64,000 nt of DNA from an uncultured Acidobacteriota bacterium (GCA_963700145.1 OY969474.1:2592001-2656000); one strand, 5' to 3'. Shown: positions 15,554 through 25,772, numbered from the stretch's first letter. The notes: generated from the letters alone by a model not told the origin. Program-made: numbers and translations.

Positions 15554-16314
15554 GCGACCGGCAGCTCGTCGCCGGTGCGGACGTGCCGCACCGGCAGCCC
15601 CGGCGCGGCGGCGCGGGCCTCCTCCAGCGAGACTTCGGGGTCGAGGTCGGGCCAGAGGTGGGTGAGGGCCAGGGCGCGGGCCTCGGCCTGGACGGCGGTC
15701 TCGGCGGCCTGCGCCGCTGAGAGGTGGAGCGGGGCGCCGATCCTGGCGTTCTGGTAGGTCGCTTCGCAGACCAGCAAGTCGCTGCCGCGAGCGAAGCGCG
15801 GGAGTTCGGTGCCGGGACCGGTGTCGGCCGAGTAGGTCAGCACGGTGCCTGCCCCTTCCGCCCGCACCGCCAGGGTGTGGATCGGGTGGCGGGTACGCAT
15901 GAACGTCAAGCGCAGGCCGGCCGCCTCGACGACACTCCCCTCCTCGATCTCCCGGAAGTCGAGCACCCGCGCGAAGGTCGCGGCGTCGTCGGGCGCCAGG
16001 AGGCCGGAGAGGGTCTCCCGGGATCCGGGCGGCGCGTAGACCGGCAGGCGTCGCTCCGTCCCCCACCCCTCGCCCGGCGTGAAGCGGAGCGCGTAGTAGA
16101 GAGGGTAGATATCCAGGCAGTGGTCGGCATGGAGGTGCGAGAGCAGGAGCGCGTCGAGCCGCGTGTACGGCACCCCGGCCCGCTGCAGCGCCGCGAAGGT
16201 GCCGGTGCCGGCGTCGAGCCAGAGGCGCCCCTCGTCGGTCTCCAGCACAAACCCCGTCGAAGGGTTGTCCGGGCGCGGGTAGGCGCCGGAGCTGCCGAGG
16301 ACGCGCAGGCGCAC
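15550..16314 (-). CDS. MBL-fold metallo-hydrolase (RNase Z/BN-like)
   Basis: VLGSSG, DAGTG, SHLHADH, YSADT, CEAT, LTHL motifs; GTG start. Confidence 0.9.
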   Translation of the reverse strand: MRLRVLGSSGAYPRPDNPSTGFVLETDEGRLWLDAGTGTFAALQRAGVPYTRLDALLLSHLHADHCLDIYPLYYALRFTPGEGWGTERRLPVYAPPGSRETLSGLLAPDDAATFARVLDFREIEEGSVVEAAGLRLTFMRTRHPIHTLAVRAEGAGTVLTYSADTGPGTELPRFARGSDLLVCEATYQNARIGAPLHLSAAQAAETAVQAEARALALTHLWPDLDPEVSLEEARAAAPGLPVRHVRTGDELPVA

Positions 16315-16322
16315 GGCGCGCC

Positions 16323-17918
16323 TCAGCCGCCGGCGCGCTGGCCGGCGCGCGCCGCTGCGGCCGCCAGCGCGTCGCGGTAGAAGGCGGCGAGGTCCTGCTT
16401 GAACTTCGCGTGGTCGGCGACGCGGATGTACATCATGTGCCCCGACTCGTAGAAGGCCACCCGCAGGTTGCCGCGCAGCTCCTCGGGGAGCCCCAGGTGC
16501 TCGGCGGTGTAGACCGAGTCGAAGTACGGCGTCGCCAAGTCGTAGTAGCCGGAGGCCATCAGCACCTCGAGGTGCGGGTTCTTGGTCATCGCCTGCCGCA
16601 GCCGCTCGGCGACGTTGACGTAGCGGTTCTGGAAGCCGCGGAAGCTCCACGGGAAGACGCTCGCCAGCCGCTCGTAGACCAGGTCGATCTCGAACTTCAG
16701 CTCGCGGCGCAGGAAGTCGTTGAAGGCGGCCACGTACGGCCCGTCCACCGAGGTCAGGCTGGGGTCGAACTCGAAGTTCTCCCCGGCGGCGTCGAGGTCG
16801 CGGCCGGTGAAGCGGCTGTCGATCCGCCCGACGGTCTTGCCCTCGGTGCGCAGCAGCTCCTTGGTGAAGCGGAAGATGTCGATCCGCAGGTTGGTGCGCT
16901 CGACGTACTCGGGGGTGAGCCCGGTGTAGCGCGCCACCCGCTCGGCGATCTCCCGCCGCCGCGCCGGCGGCAGCCGGTCCCCTTCGAGGAGCGCCGAGGC
17001 ATACTCGCCGCGCGCGAAGCCCTCCACCTCGTCGAGCAGCGCCCGCAGGTCGCCCGAGAGCTCGGGCGCCAGCTTCTTGTGGTACCAGGCGGTGGCGGCG
17101 TAGCTCGGCAGGTGGATGACGTAGCCGATGTCGTTGCCGACGTGCAGCTCCTGGTTCTGGAAGTTGAGCACCGAGGAGATGAGCACGACGCCGTTGAGCT
17201 CCATGCCGAAGCGGTCCTGCAGGTAGTCGGCGAGCCCGGCGGCGCGGGTCGTGCCGTAGCTCTCGCCGGCCACGAACTTGGGCGAGGCCCAGCGTCCGTT
17301 GCGCGTCGTCCACAGGCGGATGAACTCGCCCACCCACTGGATGTCCTCCTCCAGCCCGTGGAACTGCTTGGGGTCCTCGCCCGGCGCCGGCCGGCTGAAG
17401 CCGGTCGAGACCGGATCGATGAAGACCAGGTCGGTCAGGTCGAGGATCGAATGGCGGTTGTCGATCAGCCGGCCGGGCGGGGCGAGCCCCATCCCCTCGG
17501 GGTCGCGCTCCACGACCTTCGGCCCGAAGGCCCCCATGTGCACCCAGAGCGCCGCCGCGCCGGGGCCGCCGTTGAAGCTGTAGGTGACGGGGCGCGCCGC
17601 GGCGTCCTTGCCGTCCTCGCGCACGTAGGCGACGTAGAAGACCGACGCCTTCGCCTTCCCCGTGTCGTCCTTGAGCACCATCGTGCCGGCGGTGGCGGTG
17701 AAGGCGAGGGTGCGGCCGTCGATCGTCACGCTGTGGCGGGTGCGCGAGGTCCGCTCCTCCGGCTCCTTCTTCTCCTTCTCCTTCTCCTTCTCGTTGTCCT
17801 TGTCGGCGGCCGCCGGTTTCTCCGGGGGGTCGTGCGGCGATGCGTAGACGGATGTCGATGGCACGAAAGCGGCAGCCGAAAACGCCACGGCGAACAGGGC
17901 GACGACGGACCTCTTCAT
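16323..17918 (-). CDS. Peptidase S10 (serine carboxypeptidase), secreted
   Basis: FNGGPG, DPVSTGFS, GESYG, GYYDLATP, YESGHM. Confidence 0.92.
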   Translation of the reverse strand: MKRSVVALFAVAFSAAAFVPSTSVYASPHDPPEKPAAADKDNEKEKEKEKKEPEERTSRTRHSVTIDGRTLAFTATAGTMVLKDDTGKAKASVFYVAYVREDGKDAAARPVTYSFNGGPGAAALWVHMGAFGPKVVERDPEGMGLAPPGRLIDNRHSILDLTDLVFIDPVSTGFSRPAPGEDPKQFHGLEEDIQWVGEFIRLWTTRNGRWASPKFVAGESYGTTRAAGLADYLQDRFGMELNGVVLISSVLNFQNQELHVGNDIGYVIHLPSYAATAWYHKKLAPELSGDLRALLDEVEGFARGEYASALLEGDRLPPARRREIAERVARYTGLTPEYVERTNLRIDIFRFTKELLRTEGKTVGRIDSRFTGRDLDAAGENFEFDPSLTSVDGPYVAAFNDFLRRELKFEIDLVYERLASVFPWSFRGFQNRYVNVAERLRQAMTKNPHLEVLMASGYYDLATPYFDSVYTAEHLGLPEELRGNLRVAFYESGHMMYIRVADHAKFKQDLAAFYRDALAAAAARAGQRAGG

Positions 17919-18062
17919 TCGGACCTCCAACGGTGATCGACGGGGCACGAGCATAGCCCAGGCGCGCCCCGCGCCTGAGGGAAATCCCCCCGTCACGCTG
18001 AGGGGAGGGCCTCTCGCCTGCCACTTCCGCCGCCGGTCAGACTGACCCCGGGAGGGATCTCC

Positions 18063-21000
18063 ATGCCGCTCTCGCGTCTCCGCTCCTCGGCCCTCGCGAC
18101 CTGTCTTGCCCTCGCGGCGCTTCTTGCCGGCCCCGCCGCGGCGCAGACACCGCTCCGCTTCCTCAACTTCGGTCCGCCGCAGGACCCGACGCCCGACCTC
18201 GGTAACAGCACCGGCGACTCGGGCGTCGGCTCGGCCGCCGCCGAGCCGTCGATCGGGGTCAACTACGCGACCGGCGCGATGATGTACATCGCCTTCCTCG
18301 ATACCCTGCGGCTCACTCCGAACCACTGCTCCTCGCCGCCCAGCGTCGAGTGGCTCAACAAGAGCTTCACCACGACGGCGGTGCGGACCCTCGATCCGAT
18401 CCTCTTCACCGACCACGACACCGGGCGCACCTTCTCGAGCCAGCTCGCCGGCAAGTGCAGTGCCATGGCCTTCTCCGACGACGACGGCGACACCTGGACT
18501 CCCAGCCAGGGGTGCGGCATGAACGCCGGCGCCGACCACCAGACGATCGGCGGCGGCCCCTTCCCGGCGAGCGACCCGATCAAGGGGACCACGGCCTACG
18601 CGAACGCCGTCTACTACTGCTCGCAGGACGTGGCGCTGGCGCAGTGCGCCCTCTCGCGCGACGGCGGCGTCACCTTCGGCCCCGCGGTGCCGATCTACAC
18701 CCAGGCCGACTGCTCGGAGATCGGCGGCAAGCTCCACGGCCACGTCAAGGTCGCGCCCGACGGCACCGCCTACGTGCCGCAGTCCGGCTGCAGCGGCCAC
18801 CAGATCGTCTCGGTGAGCGAGAGCTCCGGCGCCACCTGGACCGTGCGGCCCATCCCGCAGTCGACCAACGGCCAGGGCTCCGATCCGGCGGTCTACGCCG
18901 ACGCCGCCAACCGCATCTACTTCGGCTACGTCGACGGCGACGGCAAGGTGAAGGTCACGACCTCGACCGACCGCGGCCTCAACTGGACGCCGTCGGTCGA
19001 CGTCGGCGCCGCGGTCGGCGTCGTTGCCGGCGCCTTCCCGCAGGTCGTGGCCGGCGACGCCGGCCGCGCCGCCGTCGCCTTCCTCGGCTCGGACAACCCC
19101 GACCTGACCAGCGCCTACGGCACCGACGTCACGGCGCCGCACACCTGGTACCTCTACATCGCCGTCACCTACGACGCCGGCGCCAACTGGGAGACGGTCG
19201 CGGTGACCCCCGGCGACCCGGTCCAGCGCGGCACCATCTGCATGCAGGGGACGCTCTGCGCCGGCGGCCGCAATCTCCTCGACTTCAACGAGATCGACGT
19301 CACCGAGGACGGCCGCGTCGTGGTCGCCTACGCCGACGGCTGTATCGGCGCCTGCCTCGCCGGGACGCCGAACAGCGGCACCGACGTGGCGCGCATCGCG
19401 CTCCAGACCGGCGGCAAGCGGCTCTACGCCGCCGCCGACGCGGCGCCCACCGACCCGCCGGCGGCGCCGGCGGTCGAGGCGACCTGGTCGCCGCCCAACG
19501 TTACGCTCACCTGGAGCGAGCCGGAGTCGCCGGCCGCGATCACCGGCTACCGCATCTACCGCCAGCGGACGGGCGAGCCGGGCTTCACCGTGCTGGCGAC
19601 CGTCGACAACGCGACCTTCTCCTACCTCGACACGCCCGGCGGTGCCAACCCGAGCCAGACCCTCTACCGCGTCGCGGCGCTCAATGCCAACGGCGAGGGC
19701 CCGCACTGCGGCGAGCCGGAGCTGCTGCCGGCGCTGGCCGTGGACCCGTGCACGCCGCCCGGCGTGACCGTCGCGGTGGACAGCTTCGATCCCCTCCCCG
19801 TCCTCGACGGCAACTTCGACGCCCAGTCGGTGTCGCTCGCCGAGCCGTTCGTGGGCGTGGGCGTCGACCGGCTCGACTTCACCATCGAGCTGGCCGACCT
19901 CACGGACCCGGTGCCGGCCGGCGCCTGGTTCGTGCTCTGGAACCGTCCGGTCCCCGACGCCGGGGCGGACCGCAATTACGTCGCGATCAAGAGCACCGGC
20001 CTGCCCGGCGGGCTCACCTTCGAGCACGGCACCGTCTCGCCGCCCAACGCCAACGTCGCGAGCAAGCTGGGGGACCTGACCGGCGGCGGCGACTTCACCG
20101 CCGACACCTTCACCGTCAGCGCCGACCCGGCGCTCTTCGACGGCATCGGCGCCGGCGACGACATGCCCGGCGTCGAGCTGCGGACCTTCACCGGCACCAG
20201 CCCGGCGACGGTGGCGCAGTCGGCCTCGACCGACTTCAGCGGCGCCGGCAACTACGCCGTGGTCGGCAACGCCTTCTGCGCCCCCAACGACTTCCCCGTA
20301 GCGCTGGACGACGCCGCCTTCACCGACCCGGGCCAGGCGAAGGTCATCGACGTCCTCGCCAACGACACCGACCCGAACGGCGACGAGCTGCGCGTCGCGG
20401 TCGTCTTCCAGCCGCCGCACGGCACGACCGCGAAGACCCCCGAGGGGGAGATCCTCTACACGCCGGACAACGGCTTCTCCGGCGTCGACGCCTTCCAGTA
20501 CAAGGTCGCCGACGGGCGCGGCGGCGAGGCGATCGGCGACGTCGCGGTGACCGTCCAGGTCCTGCCCAACTTCGCGCCGCACGCGGTGGACGACGAGGCG
20601 ACCGTGCCGGCCGGCCACAGTGTGGCGATCGAGGTCGTGGCCAACGACACCGACCTCGACGACGACGAGCTGACGATCGCCAGCGTCACGCTGCCCGGCG
20701 CCTGCGGCACGCCGCTCCTCGACGCCGGCGCCAACCGGATCAACTTCTTCGCCGACGCCGGCTTCCTGGGCGGCTGCTGCTTCAACTACGTGGTCCAGGA
20801 CGGCAGCGGCGGCGCCGACACCGGCGAGGTCTGCGTCAACGTCACCTGTGCGCCGGTGGCGACCGGCGACCTGCTCTACGACTTCCAGGTCGACGCCCAG
20901 GGGTTCACCGCCGAGCACGTCGAGCCCGGCCCGGCCGGCTCGCTCGACTGGGCGCTCACCAGCGGCCCGCCCGGCGCCACCAACGTCGATCCCCTCAACG

Positions 21001-21830
21001 TCGCCTGGTTCACCAACGACCCGGCGATCACCGACCTGACGTCGAAGGACGACCGGCTGATCTCGCCGCTCGTCGACCTCTCCGCGACCAGCCGGCTGGA
21101 GTTCCGGCACCGCTTCGCGACCGAGGACACCTTCGACGGCGGCTTCCTGCAGGTGAGTCTCGACGGCGGCGGGAGCTGGCAGACGGTGCCGGGGACGGCG
21201 TTTGTGGCCGGCGGCTACAACAGCACGGCGACCGGCCTGCCCGAGGCCTGGTCCGGCAACTCCCCCGCTCTCCCCGACGTCGACGACGTCGAGGTGGACC
21301 TCTCGGCCTACGCCGGCTTCGACCGCCGCTTCCGCTGGCGCTTCCTGGCCGACACCAACGCCGGCGTCGAGGGATGGTGGGTGGACGACGTGCACTTCAC
21401 CAACACCCTCGTGCCCGGCACCTGCGACCCGATCGCGCCCTGCCAGCCGGGCGGCGGGCTCTGCTACCACACGCTGACGCCCTGCCGGATCTACGACTCG
21501 CGGCAGGACGCCGTGAACGGGGCGCTCTACTCCGCGGCCGAGCGCCCGATCGCGGTGGTCGGCGCCGCCGCCTGCGGCGTGCCGGCGGCCGCGCGCGCAG
21601 TGGCGCTGAACCTGACCGCGGTCCAGCCCACCGCCGGCGGCTACCTGACCGTCTACTCCGAAGCGGGCGAGATCCCGGGGACGAGCACGCTCAACTTCAA
21701 CGGCGGCCAGACCCGGGCCAACAACGCCGTCGTGCACCTGGATGACCTCGGCCGGCTCTTCGCCCGGCCGATCCTCAACGACGCCGGCAGGGTGCACCTG
21801 GTCGTGGACGTCTTCGGCTGGTTCGAATGA
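18063..21830 (+). CDS. Large secreted multidomain protein (BNR/sialidase-like propeller, Fn3, Ig-like repeats, C-terminal PCR..D.R module)
   Basis: Signal peptide; S.D.G.TW Asp boxes; P.A.DD/VLAND Ig repeats; YHTLTPCRIYDSR...VVDVFGWF C-terminal module. Confidence 0.85.
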   Translation: MPLSRLRSSALATCLALAALLAGPAAAQTPLRFLNFGPPQDPTPDLGNSTGDSGVGSAAAEPSIGVNYATGAMMYIAFLDTLRLTPNHCSSPPSVEWLNKSFTTTAVRTLDPILFTDHDTGRTFSSQLAGKCSAMAFSDDDGDTWTPSQGCGMNAGADHQTIGGGPFPASDPIKGTTAYANAVYYCSQDVALAQCALSRDGGVTFGPAVPIYTQADCSEIGGKLHGHVKVAPDGTAYVPQSGCSGHQIVSVSESSGATWTVRPIPQSTNGQGSDPAVYADAANRIYFGYVDGDGKVKVTTSTDRGLNWTPSVDVGAAVGVVAGAFPQVVAGDAGRAAVAFLGSDNPDLTSAYGTDVTAPHTWYLYIAVTYDAGANWETVAVTPGDPVQRGTICMQGTLCAGGRNLLDFNEIDVTEDGRVVVAYADGCIGACLAGTPNSGTDVARIALQTGGKRLYAAADAAPTDPPAAPAVEATWSPPNVTLTWSEPESPAAITGYRIYRQRTGEPGFTVLATVDNATFSYLDTPGGANPSQTLYRVAALNANGEGPHCGEPELLPALAVDPCTPPGVTVAVDSFDPLPVLDGNFDAQSVSLAEPFVGVGVDRLDFTIELADLTDPVPAGAWFVLWNRPVPDAGADRNYVAIKSTGLPGGLTFEHGTVSPPNANVASKLGDLTGGGDFTADTFTVSADPALFDGIGAGDDMPGVELRTFTGTSPATVAQSASTDFSGAGNYAVVGNAFCAPNDFPVALDDAAFTDPGQAKVIDVLANDTDPNGDELRVAVVFQPPHGTTAKTPEGEILYTPDNGFSGVDAFQYKVADGRGGEAIGDVAVTVQVLPNFAPHAVDDEATVPAGHSVAIEVVANDTDLDDDELTIASVTLPGACGTPLLDAGANRINFFADAGFLGGCCFNYVVQDGSGGADTGEVCVNVTCAPVATGDLLYDFQVDAQGFTAEHVEPGPAGSLDWALTSGPPGATNVDPLNVAWFTNDPAITDLTSKDDRLISPLVDLSATSRLEFRHRFATEDTFDGGFLQVSLDGGGSWQTVPGTAFVAGGYNSTATGLPEAWSGNSPALPDVDDVEVDLSAYAGFDRRFRWRFLADTNAGVEGWWVDDVHFTNTLVPGTCDPIAPCQPGGGLCYHTLTPCRIYDSRQDAVNGALYSAAERPIAVVGAAACGVPAAARAVALNLTAVQPTAGGYLTVYSEAGEIPGTSTLNFNGGQTRANNAVVHLDDLGRLFARPILNDAGRVHLVVDVFGWFE

Positions 21831-21852
21831 GGAGAGAGGCGAGCCCGGCCTG

Positions 21853-22677
21853 CTAGGTCTGGCAGGCCGGGCAGTAGAACGTGCTGCGCCCGGCCTGCAC
21901 TCGCCGGCGCACCGGTCGGCCGCAGCGCGGGCACTCCTCTCCTTCGCGGCCGTAGACGCCGAGGGAGACCTGGAACTCGCCGGCGTTGCCCTCGCCGTCG
22001 GCGAAGTCGTTGAGCGTCGTGCCGCCTTCGGCGATCGCCTGGGCGAGGACGGCGACGAGCGACTCCGCCAGCCGCTGCCAGCGCGCCGGCGAGAGGCGGG
22101 CGACCGACCGCTCCGGGTGGACGCCGGCGCGGAAGAGCGCCTCGCTGGCGTAGATGTTCCCCGCCCCGACGACGACGCGCGCGTCCATCAGGAAGGACTT
22201 GACCGGCCCGCGCCGTCCCGCCGCGGCACGCCGCAACGCCTCGCCGGAAAAACCTTCCGCCAGCGGCTCGACGCCCAGGTGGGCGAAGTGCGGGTCGCGG
22301 TCGAGCGCCGCGGTCGGCAGCGCCAGGACGAGCCCGAAGCGGCGCGGGTCGCGGAAGCGGAGGCGCCGGCCGGAAGCGAGCGGGAAGACGACGTGCTCGT
22401 GCGGCTCGGGCGGCGCCGCGCCGGGAGCGAGGGTCAGCCGCCCGCTCATGCCGAGGTGGACGACGAGCGTTCGCGCCGCTTCGAGGTCGACGAGCAGGTA
22501 CTTGCCGCGGCGGCGCAGGGCGACGACGCGCCGGCCGGTCGCGGCGCGCCGCAGCGCGCGGGTGTCCACCGGCTCGCGCAGCCCGCGGTGGCGCACCACG
22601 ACGCCCTCCACCCGGTCGCCGACCAGGTGCGGCTCGAGGCTGCGGCGGAGGACCTCGACCTCCGGCAGCTCAGGCAC
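21853..22677 (-). CDS. mutM: Formamidopyrimidine-DNA glycosylase
   Basis: PELPEVE, RRGKYL, HLGMSG, DPRRFG, GNIYASE, C-terminal zinc finger. Confidence 0.96.
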   Translation of the reverse strand: MPELPEVEVLRRSLEPHLVGDRVEGVVVRHRGLREPVDTRALRRAATGRRVVALRRRGKYLLVDLEAARTLVVHLGMSGRLTLAPGAAPPEPHEHVVFPLASGRRLRFRDPRRFGLVLALPTAALDRDPHFAHLGVEPLAEGFSGEALRRAAAGRRGPVKSFLMDARVVVGAGNIYASEALFRAGVHPERSVARLSPARWQRLAESLVAVLAQAIAEGGTTLNDFADGEGNAGEFQVSLGVYGREGEECPRCGRPVRRRVQAGRSTFYCPACQT

Positions 22678-24136
22678 GCCGCTCCCGGCGGTGCTCGCCC
22701 GCCACATGGGCCACGAGCCGCGCCAGCGCCACGTCGGCTTCGCCGCTCTCGCCCTTCATCTGCAGCTCGGTCTCCAGCACTTCGGCGGGGAGGCGGGCGA
22801 GGAGCGGCGCCGGGAGGCGCGAGGCGGCGAGGTAGGCGCGATGGAGGGGGTAAGGCTTGAGACTGGCAATCGGATTCCTGCCGCTGGGCAGGTCGCGCTG
22901 GAGAGCCGGTGCGATCTGCCGTTCGAAGCGACCGCGGTCCCGCTCCCCGCTCGGAACCTGAGCAAGGTGCATCATGCCGCGCACCGCCACGAGCCGTCGA
23001 CAGTAACCGGCGAGTAGGGTGAAGAAGGAAAGGCGTGCGGCGACGGGATCCTCGGCGGTCGCGAGGAGGCGGCGTAGACGCTCTAACGCTTCGCCGGCGC
23101 GGCCGTCACCCATCGCGTCGAGGATCTGCCAGACGTCCTCTTCCCCACGGTCATCCACTGCCGAAGCGACTAACGCGCGGTCGATCCGCGCGGCGCCGCG
23201 GCCATGGGCGAGCTGCGCCAGCTTGCGGTACTCGCCGGCGAAACGCGCCGTGGAAGCGGCCTCTGCGCCCTTATCCTCGCGGTCCCAACCGCTCCCGCGG
23301 TGAAGGGTGCGGCGCGCCAGCTCGGCAAGAGCTTCCCGCTCGATCCCTACCCCGGTCTGTTGCTCCATCTCAGCGGCCACCAGGTCCAGGCCATCCCACG
23401 TGCCACGGCGATATCCGGCCTCGACCTCCCCCACCCGCGCCAGCGCGCCGCGCTCGGCGAGGAGGCGGACGATCGGGTGGCTCGCCGCCACCATCCGCTC
23501 GGCGAGGACCAGCGTGTGCCCGGGCGGCAGCCCACCCTGGACGACGGCGACCAGCTCCGCGAGCGCCGACTCCCCCCACCCCTGCAGCCCTTCGCGCCGC
23601 GCCGCCGCGAGCAGCGCGGCGAGCTGGCCGCGCAGCTCCTCGCCCGGCTTGCGCGCGCGCTTCTTCCCCTCGCCGCCCGCCGCCGCCACCGCCGCGAGGA
23701 GGCGCTCGATCGCCTCCTCCGCCGACCCGCGCTCGGGGTCGATCGAGAAGAGACGCAGCGCCTGGAGGAGGCGCGAGGCGGCCTGCCGCTCGCGCGCGGC
23801 GAGCGGCCGCGCCGGATCGACCGGCAGCCCCTCCTGCGCGTCGGAAAGGAGCTCGGCGGCGGCGTTCTGGTCGGCGAGCGCGGCGCTGTCGGTGACGAGC
23901 AGCACCTTGCCGCTAGCGAAGAGGGAGTAGGTGCGGAGGTCGGCGAGGAGCGGCAGGAGGTCCGCGGGGCGGCGGTGCGACTCGACCGAGCAGCCGGCGC
24001 GCTCGGCGAGCGCGACGGCCAGGCGCGCCGCCGCCGGCTCGGCGAGGACGAGGTCGCCCTGCACCAGCCAGACCGGCTGGCCCGCTCCTTCCGGGGAGCG
24101 GGCCAGATCGAAGAGCTTGTCGATCGCCGGGGGCAT
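22670..24136 (-). CDS. holA: DNA polymerase III delta subunit-like, unusually long
   Basis: N-terminal LVQGD, L.T.SLF, central E..KL, VWQILDA clamp-loader delta features. Confidence 0.65.
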   Translation of the reverse strand: MPPAIDKLFDLARSPEGAGQPVWLVQGDLVLAEPAAARLAVALAERAGCSVESHRRPADLLPLLADLRTYSLFASGKVLLVTDSAALADQNAAAELLSDAQEGLPVDPARPLAARERQAASRLLQALRLFSIDPERGSAEEAIERLLAAVAAAGGEGKKRARKPGEELRGQLAALLAAARREGLQGWGESALAELVAVVQGGLPPGHTLVLAERMVAASHPIVRLLAERGALARVGEVEAGYRRGTWDGLDLVAAEMEQQTGVGIEREALAELARRTLHRGSGWDREDKGAEAASTARFAGEYRKLAQLAHGRGAARIDRALVASAVDDRGEEDVWQILDAMGDGRAGEALERLRRLLATAEDPVAARLSFFTLLAGYCRRLVAVRGMMHLAQVPSGERDRGRFERQIAPALQRDLPSGRNPIASLKPYPLHRAYLAASRLPAPLLARLPAEVLETELQMKGESGEADVALARLVAHVAGEHRRERRA

Positions 24137-24153
24137 CGCTCGCCCGGCCGGCG

Positions 24154-25254
24154 CTACTCGTTCTCGGCGAGCAGGCCCTTCTCGGAGAGCTCCTGGCAGT
24201 CGATGCAGTAGCGGGCCCAGGGCACCGCCTCCAGCCGCTGCAAGGAGATGGGCCGGCCGCAGTTGCTGCAGCGGCCGTAGACGCCGTCGTCCATGCGGCG
24301 CAGCGCGTCCTCCACCTGGAAGAGCATCTGCCGCTCGCTGTCGGAGATCGAGAACATCAGCTCCCGGTTGTAGGAGTTGTTGGCGCGATCGACGATGTCT
24401 TCGGTGCCGTCGTCGGCCGACTCCTGGCCGGCGCGGAGGTCCTGCTTGTAGAGGTCGAGGATCTCCTGGCGCTGCTGCTCCAGGCGGCTGCGGAGGCGCG
24501 CGAGGGCGTCGTCGGGGATGGGCTGCTCGGGGGCGGCCGCGCTGCGGGGCTTCGACATCGTGCTCCTGATCTCCCTCTCCGGCTGGACCTGCGGTTGACG
24601 GATGACGGACGGCGTCGGCTTGGGGAGGTGGGTCGGCCGCACCACCGCGACCGGGGCCTTCGGCGCGGCGGGCTTCGCCGGCTTGGGGGCGGCCGGGGCC
24701 GACTTCGGCGCCACCGCGGCGACGAGCGGCTTGGCGATGGCCTTGGCGAGCTGGATGAGCTTGCTCGGCTTGGAAGGCTTGGGCGGCGTGGCCGGCTTCG
24801 CGGGCTTCGCCGCCTTCGCGGGCGTGGCCGGCTTGGACGGCTTCGCCGCCTTGGCGGCAGGCGCCGGCTTCTTCGGCTTCGCCGCCGCCTTCGCGGGACG
24901 GGCCGGCTTCTTCGCCTTCGCCGCCGCCTTGGCCGGACGGGCAGGCTTCTTCGGCTTGGCCGCCGCCTTGGCGGGCTTGCTCGGCTTGGACGGCTTCGCC
25001 GGCTTGGCGCGCTTCGCTACCGGCTTGGCGGGCTTCGCGGGCTTCGCGGGCTTCGCCGCCTTCGCGGGCTTCTTCGGCTTGCTCGGCTTGGCCGGCTTGG
25101 CCGGCTTGGCCGCCTTGCTCGGCTTCGCGGGCTTCTTCGCCACCGCCTTCTTCACGGGCTTCACCGGCGGCTTGCTCGGCTTCGCCGGCTTCTTCTTCGC
25201 AGTCTTTTTCGCCGCCGGCTTGCTCGGCTTCGTCTTGGCTTTGGTTTTCGCCAC
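24154..25254 (-). CDS. dksA: DksA/TraR C4 zinc-finger protein with long Lys/Ala/Pro-rich N-terminal extension
   Basis: AGGAGG RBS before GTG; D..D.A motif (DIVDRA); CSNC...CIDC; RL.A.P.A. Confidence 0.8.
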   Translation of the reverse strand: MAKTKAKTKPSKPAAKKTAKKKPAKPSKPPVKPVKKAVAKKPAKPSKAAKPAKPAKPSKPKKPAKAAKPAKPAKPAKPVAKRAKPAKPSKPSKPAKAAAKPKKPARPAKAAAKAKKPARPAKAAAKPKKPAPAAKAAKPSKPATPAKAAKPAKPATPPKPSKPSKLIQLAKAIAKPLVAAVAPKSAPAAPKPAKPAAPKAPVAVVRPTHLPKPTPSVIRQPQVQPEREIRSTMSKPRSAAAPEQPIPDDALARLRSRLEQQRQEILDLYKQDLRAGQESADDGTEDIVDRANNSYNRELMFSISDSERQMLFQVEDALRRMDDGVYGRCSNCGRPISLQRLEAVPWARYCIDCQELSEKGLLAENE

Positions 25255-25277
25255 GCTGGCCCTCCTATGAAGCCCCC

Positions 25278-25754
25278 TCAAACGAGCGCGCGATGATAAC
25301 TCAAACCGGCCTCGATCGAGAGACTGCGGAAGAGCTGTTCGTAGAGCACCAGACGCGCCAGCTCGTGCGAGAGGGTGAGCGGGCCGAGCGAAAGGCGCCA
25401 GCGGGCGGCGGCGACCGCCGCCGGGTCGAGCCCGAGATCGGAGCCGATCAAGAAGGCGACCGGATGCGGCCACTCCTCGCGCAAGCGGGCGAGGCGGCGG
25501 GCGAGAGTCGGGGAGTCGAGCGCTTCGCCGAGCGGGTCGAGCGCCACCGGCCAGCAGGGGTCGGGGAGGGCGGCGAGGAGGGCCTCCCCTTCGGCGCGCA
25601 GGCGCTGCGGGTCGTCGGCGCCGCCGCGCGCCCGCACCGGCAGGTCGCGCACCGGCGCCAGCCGCGCGATGCGCCGTCGGTAGCCGGCGCATAGCTCCTC
25701 CCAGCTCGACCGCTGGTGGCGCCCGGCCCAGACGACCAGGAGCTCGCGTGCCAA
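25278..25754 (-). CDS. rlmH: 23S rRNA (pseudouridine1915-N3)-methyltransferase
   Basis: FLIGS..GL, LSLGPLTLSHELARLVL.EQLFR, YHR. Confidence 0.93.
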   Translation of the reverse strand: MARELLVVWAGRHQRSSWEELCAGYRRRIARLAPVRDLPVRARGGADDPQRLRAEGEALLAALPDPCWPVALDPLGEALDSPTLARRLARLREEWPHPVAFLIGSDLGLDPAAVAAARWRLSLGPLTLSHELARLVLYEQLFRSLSIEAGLSYHRALV

Positions 25755-25772
25755 CGCCGCGGTCCCTGCTTG

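Noticed and set aside
24602-25270. Hydrophobic AGFAG-repeat ORF on + strand
   Set aside because: Antisense of the Lys/Pro/Ala tail of the DksA-like gene, which has the RBS
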